Notes under the pieces: generated by a model
Databases searched by the model: none
What the model saw: only the letters and a program-made list of their open reading frames with translations
What the model was told of the DNA's origin: nothing
Program-made: the position numbers and the translations under genes
NCBI RefSeq assembly: GCF_018350175.1
Contig: NC_058368.1
Location: forward strand, 218,986,001 to 219,050,000
Length of the DNA stretch: 64,000 nt
Direction: 5' to 3'
From: Felis catus
Lineage: Eukaryota
In this document: positions 1 to 13,129 of the stretch, in pieces
Layout: each line of letters starts with the position of its first letter
Position numbering within the stretch: the first letter of the stretch is position 1

Positions 1-335
1 ATCAGACAGGTCAAAACACAAAGTGAAAGAGAAACAGGCTCAAACACAGAGAGCAAACTGACGATTGCCAGAGGGGAGAGGAGTGTGGGGATGAGTGAAA
101 CAGGGTGAAGGAGATTAAGAGGTACAAGCCTCCAGTTATAACATGAGTAAGTCATGAGGATGCAATGCACAGCATAGACAAGATAGTCAATAGCATTGCA
201 ATAACTTTACATGGTAACAGGTAGTAGCTAGACCTGCTGTAGTTGTTACTTTGTCATGTAAAAAATGTCAAACCATTATGTGGCACACTTAAAACTAACA
301 ATATTGTAAGTTAACTATAATTCAGTTTTTTTAAA
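1..335 (+). mobile_element. LINE-1 3' UTR end (L1MA9/L1_Carn-like), cut by the window start
   Basis: Typical L1 3' UTR motifs (gagcaaactg..gattgccagagggg; gattaagaggtacaa..tccagttata; aaaactaaca..ttgtaagttaactata) ending in a T/A run. Confidence 0.8.
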
Positions 336-1276
336 GGCTATCAGGAGCCATTTCTGTATGACACAAGAAGTCCATCCTATTTCTCATATACCACTGTGAA
401 ACTGTGTAAGAATTTTGAGGGTCCCTGAGAGTATTTTTCAAAGAGAAATTTAGAACAAGATTGTATTTTCAACTATGCAATACAGTTTCAGTATTAAAGG
501 AAAGATATAATTGTTTATGACCAATTTGCGAGGACCAAAAATCATAGATGTTAAGCCTTTATTCACTCGAAGTATATTGAGCATATGGTCTGTGGCAGGC
601 AATGCAATAGATGTTAGTTTAGATACATAAATATCAAGAAATTTTCTGTTCATTGGGGAAAGGAAATAAAAAAGGATTAGATGTAACTAAGAATGTATGT
701 GAATTTACTTTTTGCTGTCTTTTAATAGCATGTGTTTTTAAGAACTATTATTAGCATATGCAATCTGGTGTTCCAAATAGAGTAGACAACAACATATCAT
801 TATTTCCACCATAGGTTGTACTATTGTACAACTATTTTTAGAAAGAATTTAGCAATGCTATCAACAATCTAAAAATGACTGTGGAATCAGAATTTAGGAT
901 TACTCCCAAGGTGTTAAGTATGTGGACAATAATTTACATCTTTGTTACAGAGAATAATTTAAAATCTCATAACTATATAATAAAAGTTACTGGTTAAATT
1001 GTTTCCTCAAGGATAGGGTTGAATATTATATGAACATTGTAATTTTATTTACATGTGGAGATTTAATTATATCTAAAAAAATTAAAGACATAGTATTGAA
1101 AGAAGAAAGATGATATGATTACATTAAAAATCTATACACACATAGGAGACATTAAAATAGTAGTGATTTTTATTTCCTATCTTTGATCATCTGTTTGTCT
1201 AAGTACATATATAGCTAGAAGCTTAATTGTATGTTAAGATATAATACTTTTTATCATTCATCATTTATCATTCTTC

Positions 1277-1462
1277 AAAATTATGAAGTTAAAAAAAGAA
1301 CAAACAAAATACCATTAAAAACATGGCTAATTTGAAAAAGAAATAAGATAATTATCAACATGAAAAAAATACATAATAAATACAATTAAATAATTAAGAA
1401 TCTGTTTAACATAAAATTGTATATAGCAGAATAGGGACCTGATATAAATATAAAATTTATAT
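1277..1462 (+). repeat. 186-bp dispersed direct repeat, copy 1
   Basis: Identical by eye to 3515-3700 (aaaattatgaagtt...taaaatttatat). Confidence 0.95.
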
Positions 1463-1492
1463 TTATAAATTCATCAGGAATGAAACAGTTAA

Positions 1493-1716
1493 GGGGCACC
1501 TGGGTGGTCAGTCGATTAAGCCTCCGACATCAGCTCAGGTCGTGATCTCATGGTTCGTGAATTCGAGCCTCGAGTCGGGCCCTGTGCTGACTGCTCAAAG
1601 CCTGGAGCCTGCTTTAGATTCTGTGTCCCCCCACTCTCATCCCCTCTCCCATTTACACTTTCTCCCACAAAAATAAATAAACTTCAAAAAAAAACCAAAA
1701 AACCAAAAACAAAAAC
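1493..1716 (+). mobile_element. Can-SINE (SINEC, tRNA-derived)
   Basis: ggggcacctgggtgg head, B-box-like attcgagcc, CT-rich body, aataaataaa and A-rich tail. Confidence 0.92.
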
Positions 1717-2043
1717 AATAACACAGTTATAAGCAATGACAAAACTCAGGTAAAGGGTCTGTTAAATTCTATTGTCTTTACTAGTAACATCCAATGTCTT
1801 GAACTTCCTGTCACTGAAATCAGGAAAGGTTTACTGAAGTGTACTTGGAAAACAAAGCATAATTTTCACTGAAAAAGAGACATAGGAATTTTACAATAGA
1901 GGCCTCAAGTCAAAATTCTGAAGTAAAACACAGGTAGTCTACATAGTTTTGACATACATTTTAATAGCTGTTGTCACTAAAGAAATATTATATAAATATT
2001 ATGTGGATAAAACTAAACTTAATTTATTAGAACTTAAAATATA

Positions 2044-2249
2044 GAGGCACCTGGGTAGCTCAGTTGGCTAAGAGTCCAACTCTTGGTTTCCGTTCAGCTC
2101 ATGCTCTCACACTTTTGTGAGTTCGAGCCCCATGTCAGGCTCTGTGCTGGCAGCACAGAGCCTGCTTGGGATTCTCTCTCCCTCTTTCTGCCCCTGTTCG
2201 ATTCGTGCTGTTTCTGCCTCTTTCAAAATAAATAAATAAACTTTAAAAA
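2044..2249 (+). mobile_element. Can-SINE with 15-bp TSD
   Basis: SINE head and tail; TSD agaacttaaaatata at 2029-2043 and 2250-2264. Confidence 0.93.
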
Positions 2250-2639
2250 AGAACTTAAAATATAAAGATCTCAAGAAAGAAGTATAAACCAAATTTGACA
2301 ACAAAAGAAATTTCAAATAGACTAAAAGTTATGCATGCTGGAAAAATATAACTCAGAACAGTATCAATCAGAATACATATAAACCCAGAGTAGAGTAATA
2401 TGCTAATGATGAATACATTAATTCCTTGAGTTATAAAAGACGTAAAGTTCTCATATGGAAACAAAAGGTACCATAATTGGTCATCAGATACAATGCAGTT
2501 GGCGGCATAAAAGAGAAGTGCAAAATAAAGAGTACTATAAGGAAAGTTCTTACAAATTTACTTAAAAATATGCAAGTAGAACAAAGAGAAAAGGGTCCAG
2601 ACTGTTAGTTTTTCAAGCATATCAAAAAGAACAAAAGTA

Positions 2640-3062
2640 ACAAATTCATTACAAATCATGGAGAGGCAAAGAAAAAATGAAATATCAAACACAAATCAGA
2701 CTGATGTGAGCAACATAGGATCCAGTGAACACCATCTTTTTTGTTGCGGATAGAAACATGAATTGTTACAACCATTTTTGGGTGGGGAAGAAGACAGTCT
2801 AGAAATTCTATTAAAATAAAAATAAAAACAAACAATAAAGCATAGCTCATGCCCAAAAAATCTACTCCAGAGACTTAAGTCTACAGGAATGAAATAACCA
2901 AAATATAAAACTCTAAAGGATGTTTGATTCATTGCTATCTGAAGTAGTCAACTGCCCTCATGAGACACATAGTGCTGCACCAAAGATGGCAGGAAGGGAA
3001 AAAGATTGATAATCAATGCAACATCTCACCATGGATATTATGCAGCATTAAAATGAAGTCAT
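2640..3062 (+). mobile_element. Highly degraded ancient L1 (L1ME-like) 3' fragment
   Basis: Faint resemblance to L1 ORF2-end/3' UTR motifs (gatgtgagcaaca..; ctacaggaat..; ccatggatattatgcagcattaaaatga). Confidence 0.4.
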
Positions 3063-3069
3063 GCATATA

Positions 3070-3116
3070 TAAAATCTCCTGTTGATTCTGTTTCTCTGGA
3101 GAACCTTGACTAATAG
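3070..3116 (+). mobile_element. Short MLT2-like (ERVL) LTR 3'-terminal fragment
   Basis: tcctgttgattctgtttctctggagaaccttgactaata resembles the MLT2 LTR end as I recall it. Confidence 0.5.
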
Positions 3117-3514
3117 GATACATTATAAGGAATTGGAAGGAATAAGAAAATCTGTGGCTTGGCCTTGGCTCTGAGTGGAGAAACAAGTCTAAAAAAAAAA
3201 AAAAGGTAAATAGACCTGAGGTCACACAGGTTTGATGCTGATGTTTAATATTACATATGTAGTGTGGGAAATTCCAGTTCTCCAATGCAGTCTCTGGTTG
3301 ATAGTAGCTTGTGGCTTCTGGCAAAAGCAAATACAAATCCCACTGAAAAGAAATGCCCTTTAACTTATTTGCTCATGATTCACAGAAAATGTAACAATCA
3401 ACTATTAGCCCATATTGTATGTGAACATAATGTGAAAAAAAAAAACAGAAAACCTACAATAAATAAATCCGAAGTGACCAGAAAAATTAGTTTTAAAAAA
3501 TTGAGTAGATGAGT

Positions 3515-3695
3515 AAAATTATGAAGTTAAAAAAAGAACAAACAAAATACCATTAAAAACATGGCTAATTTGAAAAAGAAATAAGATAATTATCAACATG
3601 AAAAAAATACATAATAAATACAATTAAATAATTAAGAATCTGTTTAACATAAAATTGTATATAGCAGAATAGGGACCTGATATAAATATAAAATT

Positions 3696-3700
<5 letters not shown>
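3515..3700 (+). repeat. 186-bp dispersed direct repeat, copy 2, followed by a (TA)n tract to ~3750
   Basis: Identical by eye to 1277-1462. Confidence 0.95.
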
Positions 3701-3728
<28 letters not shown>

Positions 3729-4310
3729 GTATATATATATGTATATATATAAAGTTTTGATTTGTATAAAATGGGATATTTTTCTGGAGAATGTAAGTAC
3801 ACTGCAACATACAGATCAATAATCAGTTTTAGGTACTTTAATTTTTTAGGTTTAGGTTATCTAATGATACTGCAAGAATTAAAATATATTTATATATTTA
3901 ATACACATAAAGTATATACTGTATATAAATTTAAATATATATTATATATAATATTTTTGTGGCATATATGCTCACTATCTACTATTCCTTTTTAGTTACA
4001 GAATTCAGTTCTTGGCCATGATGAGTCAAAATGATGGGACAGATTACTGACATACATAATTTGAAAGATATAATTAATGACCTTAATTTACTGAGATTCT
4101 ATGTGTACATAATTGGGGACACACAGAAGCGAGTAGTATTATATATGTATATAGGTTTTGATATCACTCTAAGCCTAGAAATGTGCTATTTACAAATTCT
4201 CATATCACATTAAAATTATGAGAGGCTTGTAGCTTAGAAAACATAAACATTCCAGGAAGTAGTAATTATATTTTATATTCTTTATATTCTTTGAGAACAC
4301 TGAGAGAACA

Positions 4311-5208
4311 TTTGGGCAAATAACTAGTAGTGCAATTTCTGGATCATAGAGTAGTTTATCTTTAACTTTTTGAAGAACTCTACACTGTTTTCCAGAGTGG
4401 CTGTACCAGTTTGCATTCCTACTAACAGTGTAAGAGAGCTCCCCTTACTCCTCATCCTCACCAGCATCTGTTGTTTCCTGTGTTTTTAATTTTAGCCACT
4501 CTGACCCATGTGAAGTGGTATCTCATCATGGTTTTGATTTGTATTTCCCTGATGATGAGTGATACTGAACATTTTTTCATGTGTCTGTTAGCCATCTGGA
4601 TGCCTTCTTTGGAAAAGTGTCTATTCATGTTGTACGCCCATTTCCTAACTGGATTGTTTTTTGGGTGTTGAGTTTGATAAATTCTTCATAGATTGTAGGT
4701 ACTAAGTCTTTATAATATATGTCATTTTCAAATGTCTTCTTCCATTCTACAGACTACCTTTCAGTTTTGTTGATTGTTTCCTTCTCTGTGCAGAAGTTTT
4801 TATCTTGACAGTATCAATAGTTAATTTTGCTTTTGTTTCCCTTGACTTCAGCTACGTGTCAAGTAAGAAGTTACATGTCTGAGGTGACAGAGGTTGCTTC
4901 CTGTATTCTTCTCTATGATTTTGATTGTTTCCTGTATCAAATTAGGTCTTTCATCCATTTCAAATTTATTTTTGTGTATGGGGTAATAAAGTGGTCTAGT
5001 TTCATTCTTCTGCTTATTGCTGTCCAGTTTTCCCAACACCATTTATTGAAGAGACTGTCTTTTATCTATTGGATACTTTTTCCTGCTTTGTCAAATATTA
5101 CTGATTGGAAGCAGCATGTGCTCCCTCATGTTTATGGCAGCATTATCAAAAAGTTAAATTATGGAAAGAGCCCAAATGTCCATTGACTGATCAGTGGATA
5201 AAGAAGAT
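4311..5208. mobile_element. Carnivore L1 ORF2 3' fragment with 5' inversion: minus strand 4311-~5100, plus strand ~5101-5208
   Basis: Minus part is L1 ORF2 C-terminal sequence; plus part (ctgattggaagcagcatg..ggaaagagcccaaatgtcc) continues from the L1 position at the left edge of the inverted part. Confidence 0.85.
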
Positions 5209-5212
5209 TGGC

Positions 5213-5432
5213 GGGAGCACCTGAGTGGCTCAGTTGGTTAAGTGTCAACTCTTGATTTGGGGTCACGTCATGATATCACAGTTTGTGAGTTTAGGACCCA
5301 TGTTGGGCTCAGCCCTGATGGTGTGGGGCCTGCTTGGGAGTATCTCTCTCTCCTTCTCTCTCTACCTCTCCCCAGCTTATGTTCTGTCTCTCTCTCACCC
5401 TCTCAAAAATAAACATTAAAAAAATTTAAAAA
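5213..5432 (+). mobile_element. Can-SINE (older subfamily)
   Basis: gggagcacctgagtggctcagttggttaag head, CT tract, aataaacattaaaaa tail. Confidence 0.9.
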
Positions 5433-5904
5433 GAAGAAACTAAGAAATATAACAAAGTAAGAACTATAGTAGAAAGTATAATAAAATTGATAATTTAAAG
5501 TTTACTTTTGACAAACTAACATATATAAGAAAACAAACAGAGAATGTCATAATAGTTAAGAGATATAACAAGGAAGAAAAAATAGAAGATATTCTATACA
5601 AATATTGACTAATAAATTTGAAGTTAATTTTCATATGAATTTATAGGAATATATATTAATACGATTTCAATTTAAAAATATGAATATAATGAATAAAAGA
5701 AGTTGTAAAAATAACTTAATAAGAAATAGTGAAAAGTGCCAAACTGAACGTTTAATAATTTATTTCAAAACCTCATTTTCATTTTGTATTTCACTTGAAT
5801 ATTAATTGTTTATATATCCTACTGTCTTCTTTTTAATTCTAGATAATGTGAATTCTCTTTTATGATCAATTCATCTCTCAAAAGTGCACATCTACTTGGT
5901 TGTT

Positions 5905-7345
5905 CCTAGTTTCTTATCTTGGGCCATGGACCCCCAAGTTGCTTCCAATTCCCATGATGCTCCAGCAGCAATGAGCATACTAAGCATAGAGATCTTGTTT
6001 TAAATATCATTAACCAATAAGAGAAATAGGACTTATTGCAGAAATGGCTGATCCTAGGGTTGGGGCAGGAAACATACAAGACAATCATAGTGCGTCCTGC
6101 AGTATCATAAAGTAAGAAAGTCCTCAAAAGCAAGCAAACAAATAATATATTAACACATTCACAATGTTGAGAGTTATGTGGAATGGATGTAGGGCCAAAC
6201 TGAAAGAGCTTCCAATGCCTAAACTAGAACTTGAGCAACAAAATAAATAAAAGAACATTGGATAACAATCTAAAGTATATTTAAAATAAATGTATGAATT
6301 CAGGGGCGCCTGGGTGGCTCAGTGGGTTAAGCATCCAATTTTGGCTCAGGTCATGATCTTGTGGTTTATGGCTTCGAGCCCCGCATCCAGCTCTGTAATG
6401 ACAGCTCAGAACTTGGAGCCTGCTTTGGATTCTGTGTCTCCCTCCCTCTGTGTCCCTCCTCCACTCATGCTCCATTTCTTTCTCTGTCTCAAAACTGAAT
6501 AAACATTAAACAGATAAAATTATATAAAATTATTATATAAACTCATATAATAATAGAGTTATTATATCATAATAATATAATTTGTTATTATATAAATGAA
6601 GAGGAAGAAAGATTAAATCTTTGATGTGTAACAATTCCAAATAATGTATGTAGATACGCTGCCCTCAAAGAGATGGAGCATAACTCCTTACTCCTTAGAT
6701 GTTGGCTGCATATAATAGCTTCTTCAAAAAATTACAGTACAGAAAGGATAACTTTAGACAAACACTATCTCAGCCAGATGAATAAGGTCAACGTCAGCAG
6801 TGATTGTATGTTGATAGTATGTAATTTTGATACCATGTGATGACAGTGACACTTTACCTTTGTGAACTTCCTTCACCAAAATGAATAACACCAGTTATTG
6901 ATAATATCATGATATCATGATGATAATACCATCATGATAAAAATACCAAACCAATTCCAAATGAGGGGCATTCCACAAAATACTTGACCAGTGCATTTCA
7001 AAACTGTCAAAGTCAACACAAGAAATATCTGAGCATTTGTCACAGGTCATAGAAATCTAAGGAGACATGGCAATGAAATATAATGTCATATCCTAAATGA
7101 GATTGTGGAACAGAAAAACACATTAGGTTAGAAACTAAGGAAACCTAGATAAAATGTGGTTGTTTGTAACAATGCATCAACCTTTATCACTAATTGGAAC
7201 AAATGTACTGGGTGTACTAATGTAAGATGTTAATAGTATTTGAATCAGATGGAGTATAAACAGTATATTTAAACTCTGTGATCTCCCTATACAGCATTTT
7301 TTTTGTAAATCTAAACCAGTTCTAAAAAATCAAATTTATTTAAAA
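5905..7345 (+). mobile_element. Old L1 (L1MC/L1MD-like) 3' UTR, interrupted by a SINE
   Basis: Motifs tccagcagcaatgagcatac..gatcttgt; gaaatggctgatcctaggg; gccctcaaagagatggagcataactcc; ends ttttgtaaatctaaaccagttctaaaaaa. Confidence 0.7.
6303..6510 (+). mobile_element. Can-SINE
   Basis: ggggcgcctgggtggctcag head, gcttcgagccccgc, CT body, aataaacattaaa. Confidence 0.93.
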
Positions 7346-9150
7346 ATAATTATTAAGAACTATCTCAAAACATCATTTTGAAACTATTAGGTCAGTAGCT
7401 GCTATAAGTTAAGTGATTAAAATAGAATACACATATGTGTTATTAGGAAAAATATACCTTACATTGTCTTTTAATTTGTTTATGATAAGTAAAAATTTAT
7501 TTCTAAGGAAAGTAACATACTTGTATGTACAATCACCAGATAATTTAGTCTTGACCACTTTTCTAAGTATGTGTATAGCTTAAAAGAACAATTAATAATA
7601 ATGCTTTTATTCTAAGGAAATAGTGTTGTAGTGTTTATACTTGAACACTAAAGATTTCATATATATATGTATATATATACATACATATAATATTTTATGT
7701 ATAATTTAAATAGAGTATAAAGAATAAATATATGAACTTTGACACACACTGTAGCTACTATTCTTGGTGTATTCAGTTCATTTATTTTCACATGATTCCC
7801 TAAGGACAGAGTGATTTCTCCAGATTTCTTCTGACAGATTCCCATTCAGTGTTCCAGGAAGAATTAAGTTTGTTTTCTTTAAGTGTCAGCTGGAATGGAT
7901 CAGTGGAAGAATAAATGGATTTCTATCACCTCCAGCATTTTAATAGGTGAATAAACTGAAATCCAGGGTAATTAATTTTCATAGAGAATGCTATTAGAAT
8001 CTGTTTATTTTCCTTTTGGGAACAGAAAGTTTTGAGATTTAGTGGAGAAAAAGACCAACAGATGCCATTTATATTTTTGCCTATTAAGCCCAACATAAAT
8101 TTCTTATTATTTTTAATTCAGTGATTCAACATAAGCAAGATAAGGATAATTGAGATCATTCTTCTCATCAGCCATCCCTAATGCAGATTATAATGTTTAT
8201 AGTAAAATTTTTGCTATCTTAAAAATGAGCCAATTCGTAAGAGTGTGAAGATATTTTCAGCCCATAAAGTCATTATTATCATCTTTAGAACAATTAGTAA
8301 TTCGTTTAGTGTGTTAAAATGCTTTTTCACTATACATCATCAAATAGCAATGTCTTTTGTGGTGGACATCCAAAACATTACCTTGCATAAAATATTAATG
8401 TTTAGAGATAGAGTATAACTATTGATTTTTATAAAATTGAAATCATTACTGTGCTATTTGATACAGTTTAATAATAACGAGTATCAAGATGTTACAATTC
8501 ACTTTTCATGTTACTTCTTCACTTTTTTTCATTTAATAGGAACTTTTAATCAAAAACTTTATTATATTTATTCTAGAATCTTAAAACTGTTTTGGTCCAT
8601 TATAAAACTCTTCCAACCTCCTCAGAAGGAACGTCACCCCAAGTCTTTGAAACAATAATCCTGCTGCTGCTGTATCCTGATAACTATAGTTTTGGATTGG
8701 ACTGGGATTATGATATGTAAATGATGTGTTGTTTCAAAGTGTCTGCAAAGCATTTTAGACAAAGATAAGCTCAAGGTCGAAGGTTAAATATGAGATTTAA
8801 CTGAATAATCTCAGTTGAGATTGAAATGCTGACAATAGCAATACAGAACTATCCTTGGGTTGACCTCAGCAACCTAGGCAGCCTGCAGGCTTATAATGAT
8901 TTAAATGAGTAAGCAGTTAAGGAGATAAAAAATGCACTAACAATTTGGCAATGAGCTTTTAAGCAAAATCATGTGGAATAGTGCATATCACAAAGAGTCC
9001 AGAGATGTATATCTTTCCACCTATGTTAAATCACATGGATAGTGTTCCTGCATTTGCCTATAGATTAGGTATTGAAAGTTTTGTGTCATTGCTAGATGAA
9101 AGAATAATTGGGCATATTAGAGTATGTGTTTTGTGGGAGCTTTCTGTATG

Positions 9151-9352
9151 TTGTTTTTAATGTTTATTTTATTATTCTTGAGAGAGAAAAAGAGAGAGCA
9201 TGAATGGGGAAGGGGCAGAGAGTGAGGGAGACAGAGGATCTGAAGCAGGCTCTGTGCCAACAGCAGAGAGCCTGAGGCAGGGCTCGAACTCACAAACCAT
9301 GAGATCATAACCTGAACTGAACACTTAACCAACTGACCCACTCAGGCACCCC
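9151..9352 (-). mobile_element. Can-SINE
   Basis: Reverse-complement SINE: tttttaatgtttatt ... gggctcgaactcac ... cactcaggcacccc. Confidence 0.92.
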
Positions 9353-10083
9353 TCTATGTGGGTATTTGTTATCATAAAATACACTCAGATATATAATTTT
9401 TTTCAATAATAAGGAAAATCTATCAAGTAAATAGCTATAGTAAGATAAGATAGTGTGTAACTATTTTAACAAGGTAAAATATAACAAGCTGGATAATTAT
9501 AGTAGATGTTGGAAAACTAGGTTTTTCAATAATGAACAGAAAGCAGTCCTGGCCATCAAGCAATTTACATTTATTTGCATGGGGAGGTAGAGAGGCAAAC
9601 ACACATAGATTTGTATGTACTAATCTTGGATGTCATAGACCAACTGTATGCAAATAACTCAAATGTAGGGAAGAGTAGAAACTGAAACTCTTCCTGGTCA
9701 CTTGTTCTTTTAACTCTGGATGTCCAAGGGAAATTGAGGGAGGCACAATAAAATGTTTCACAAATTATTTCCATCCTAGCACATGAAAACATGTTTCAGA
9801 ACCTCTTAAGACAAAGGAATTATTCTATAAATGGAAAAAGCCACTTCATTGTGCTTTAACTATATAAATAGTAAGATCTTTGGGTCCAGGACAAAATGGA
9901 TGAAAACAGAGCAGTGACTGGCTTCCCTGCAATAATACTGCAATTATGCCTAGAGGAGAAAAAATGCAACTGAACCTCTGCATTTCTCAATGGGTTATGA
10001 ATTAGGAAAGAGTTTCTTTGTACTCATAGCTAGGTGCATCAATAGACTTCTTACTCTAACTACATTTCTTCCTAAACAATGTA

Positions 10084-10424
10084 TGTTTGATCCTTGAACA
10101 ACACGTTTGAACTATGAGGGTCCATTTATATGTCAAGTTTTTGCAGTCCAGCACTATAAATGTATTTTCTCTTACTTATGATTTTTTGTTAACATTTTCT
10201 TTTCTCCACCTTACTTTATTGTAAGAATACAGTATATAATACATATAACATACAAAATACATGTCAATCAACTGTTCATGTTATTGGTAAGGCTTTCAGT
10301 CAAGAGTAGGCTATTAATAGTTAAGTTTTGAAAGAGTCAAAAGTTATACACAGATTTTTTTGACTATGTAGGGGGATGGGGTTGATTCTTCTAACTAACA
10401 ACTGCATTGTTGAAGGGACAACTT
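10084..10424 (+). mobile_element. Non-autonomous Tc1/mariner Tigger2a-like DNA transposon (MITE)
   Basis: Degenerate TIRs tgtttgatccttgaacaa / ttgttgaagggacaactt, flanked by TA (10082-83 and 10425-26); interior resembles Tigger2a. Confidence 0.8.
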
Positions 10425-10897
10425 TAGTTACTTTAAAATCATTAATTTCTTTTTCTTTGAATATAAGCAGTATTTTCTTTTACTCATTGCTGACAATTTA
10501 CACAATTCAAATTAAATATGTAGATATCCAATATGCTCTTTGGGGATTTTACTCTGTGTGTTTCTCTCATATTAAAATTACTCTCTAACTGGGGTATGAT
10601 AATTTTCCAGTCTTTTTTTCTAGGGTGTTGCTCCTACTCCCTATAAATCAGATCATTATTTCAAACGCCCTGCAACATTTTCTCTGCACCAGTAATGATC
10701 ATCTATGTTATTCCAATCTGCCTTATACTTAACATCTCATACTTCCTATATTATTGAGGTTTGTATGTTTATTTCCCCAGAACATATCTATGATCATTAT
10801 ATTCCCATGTACATATATACACAAATAGTTATAATCTTCCTACACTATATAAAATACATGTTTATCACCCCAAAAATGTTATTTGTGTCTAGTTTCT

Positions 10898-11097
10898 TTT
10901 TTTTTAATTGTTTTTCAACATTTATTTATTTTTGGGACAGAGAGAGACAGAGCATGAACGGGGAAGGGGCAGAGAGAGAGGGAGACACAGAATCGGAAAC
11001 AGGCTCCAGGCTCTGAGCCATCAGCCCAGAGCCCGACGCGGGGCTCGAACTCACGGACCGCGAGATCGTGACCTGGCTGAAGTCGGATGCTTAACTG
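10898..11097 (-). mobile_element. Young SINEC_Fc-type SINE, 5'-truncated, with 15-bp TSD
   Basis: TSD ttgtgtctagtttct at 10883-10897 and 11098-11112; CpG-rich body; lacks the ggggcgcctgggtgg head. Confidence 0.93.
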
Positions 11098-11371
11098 TTG
11101 TGTCTAGTTTCTAGATAGTATTTTTATTTGTAAAGTTAATATTCCCCTTAGTTTTCCAAAATTGAAAGCTGTTGATCATGGTACGAGAAATAACATTGTT
11201 ATTGATAATCTTTTCCACAAACTGTTAACTATTTAGCATTTCTATCAGTAACTAGGAAACACTAATTAAAAGTTGGTCAAACAGTTTCTGCTGATAGCAA
11301 CTTTAAAATTTCTTTTCCTTAGATGTGGATCATCAATATGCATTAATATATTTAGAAAAAGAAAAGATTTT

Positions 11372-12015
11372 ACACTGAAAAACACCCAGATAATCCAATT
11401 AAAAATAAGCAGAGGACCTAAGTAGACATTTCTCCAAAGAAGACATGTAGATGGCCAACAGACATATGAAAAGATGCTCAAAATCACTAATTACCAAGGA
11501 AATTTAATTCAAAACCACAATAAGATATAATCTTATACTTGTCAGAATAGTTAGTATCAAAAAGACAAGAAATAACAAGTATGGACAAGGATGTGAATAC
11601 AAAGGGATCATCGTGCACTGTTAGTGGGGATATAAATTGGTGCAATCACTGTGGAAATCAGTATTAAGGTTCCTTAAGAATTAAAAATAGGACTACTGTA
11701 TGATCCAGTACTCCCACTACTGGGTATTTACCTATACAGTGGAATATTACTCAGCCATAAAAAAGAATGGCATCTTGCCATTTGCAACAACATGGATAGA
11801 GCTAGAGAGTATAATGCTAAGTGAAATAAGTCAGAAAGAAAAAGACAAAAGACAACTACTATATGACTTCACTCATATGTGAAGTTTAAGAAACAAAGAA
11901 AATGAACAAACAAAAGAAAAAGGAAACAAAAAACCAGACTCTTAAAAGCAGAGAACTGGTGGTTGCCAGAGAGAAATTAATTGGGTGGGGGATGGGTGAA
12001 ATAAAGGGGGAATAA
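11372..12015 (+). mobile_element. L1 ORF2-end/3' UTR fragment with internal deletion
   Basis: L1 motifs agacatttctccaaagaagac, ttgccatttgcaacaacatggata, ggttgccagag; jumps from gggtatttacc to tatacagtggaatattac. Confidence 0.85.
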
Positions 12016-13129
12016 ACATTTTAGAGAAGCTTTCTTAAATTGACTATGTGTCAAAATGGAAATATATATAGTCTTTAGCATTCTACATATTAATACAGAA
12101 TACAGTTCAACTTTCCTTTCAAAGGACTTTTTTACTTTTTTGAGAATTTGTGAAAATGAAGTACTGTGTCTAGACATTACTAGAGACTTTATATTGAAAA
12201 TCTTAATGATGACCAGTACCAGTACTAGTCTAAAATAAACATATAATGCAGTTGAGAAATAAGAGAGGCACAGAGGTGATCTGTGCTGAGCAACATGATG
12301 TGATATCCTGTCAGGGGCACTAACTTCTTTTATAAATTAACAGGCAAACTTTGAGACAACTTCAAAGCTGTAAAATGTGAGGTTTGTGCCGGATTTGGAC
12401 TGGTGGATAATATATTGATAAAATATATTATTTTATATATATTCAATATAATATATATTGAAAAATATATGAGCTGAGTATGGGCAGAAGGGAAACAGAA
12501 ATAGCAGTGTAGAGATTAGAAAGTAGTAGCATGTTTGGAATGTTCTTCATATTTGTGCATGAGAGGTTTAGGAATTTAGAAGGAAGGTTTACTTTAACGC
12601 AGCTAGTGGAGGGGAACTCTAACTTGCAATTCATTTCCAAGGCATGAGAAACTAGTCTTTAAATATTGACTATGTTTATAATTATAAAGATGAATGTAAT
12701 TTGATCAGAGAGGTTCTTTTTGACAATGTAATGACCACTTCTCACAGACTGAGTGATACTAGAGGTGGGGAACCTAATGAAAATTACAAAATGCAGGAAA
12801 AAGGCAATAAGTATAAGAAACAGCATTAAGAGACCCAGGTGGTAAAAGTTTGAGTGAACATGATTAAAGAAACTAAGACTATATTTCCCCTATTTATTTT
12901 ATAATATTCAGTGAAGCATTACAGAAGTTTGAACACTCATAAAAATATACATTCTGACATCACTTTTGTACATAGACTGCTTTCTAGCCAATGGATAAAT
13001 TATCTAGTTTGCTTGGAAAATAATTCATGAGATTTTTGTTTTTGTTGTTGTTGTTGTTTTTAGAAAAAAAGGACATTTATGCTATATTTCGGGGTATCTG
13101 ATGCTAAGAAGATATATTTTGAGCAAGAG

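Noticed and set aside
450..653. Minus-strand ORF with a plausible acceptor (646) and donor (566): KFLDIYVSKLTSIALPATDHMLNILR
   Set aside because: Short, weak donor and no recognisable homology; expected by chance in AT-rich DNA
1277..3700. The 186-bp repeats as LTRs of a novel retroelement or as a giant TSD
   Set aside because: No TG..CA ends, PBS or polypurine tract, and the interior is a mosaic of old repeats inconsistent with identical LTRs
7884..7946. Possible 63-nt plus-strand exon (SAGMDQWKNKWISITSSILI) with ag/gt boundaries
   Set aside because: No supporting exon chain or homology; too short to distinguish from chance
8577..8720. Open frames on both strands in a slightly GC-richer patch
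   Set aside because: No recognisable protein and no consistent splice structure
12180..12860. Possible L2 remnant
   Set aside because: Too degraded to support by eye
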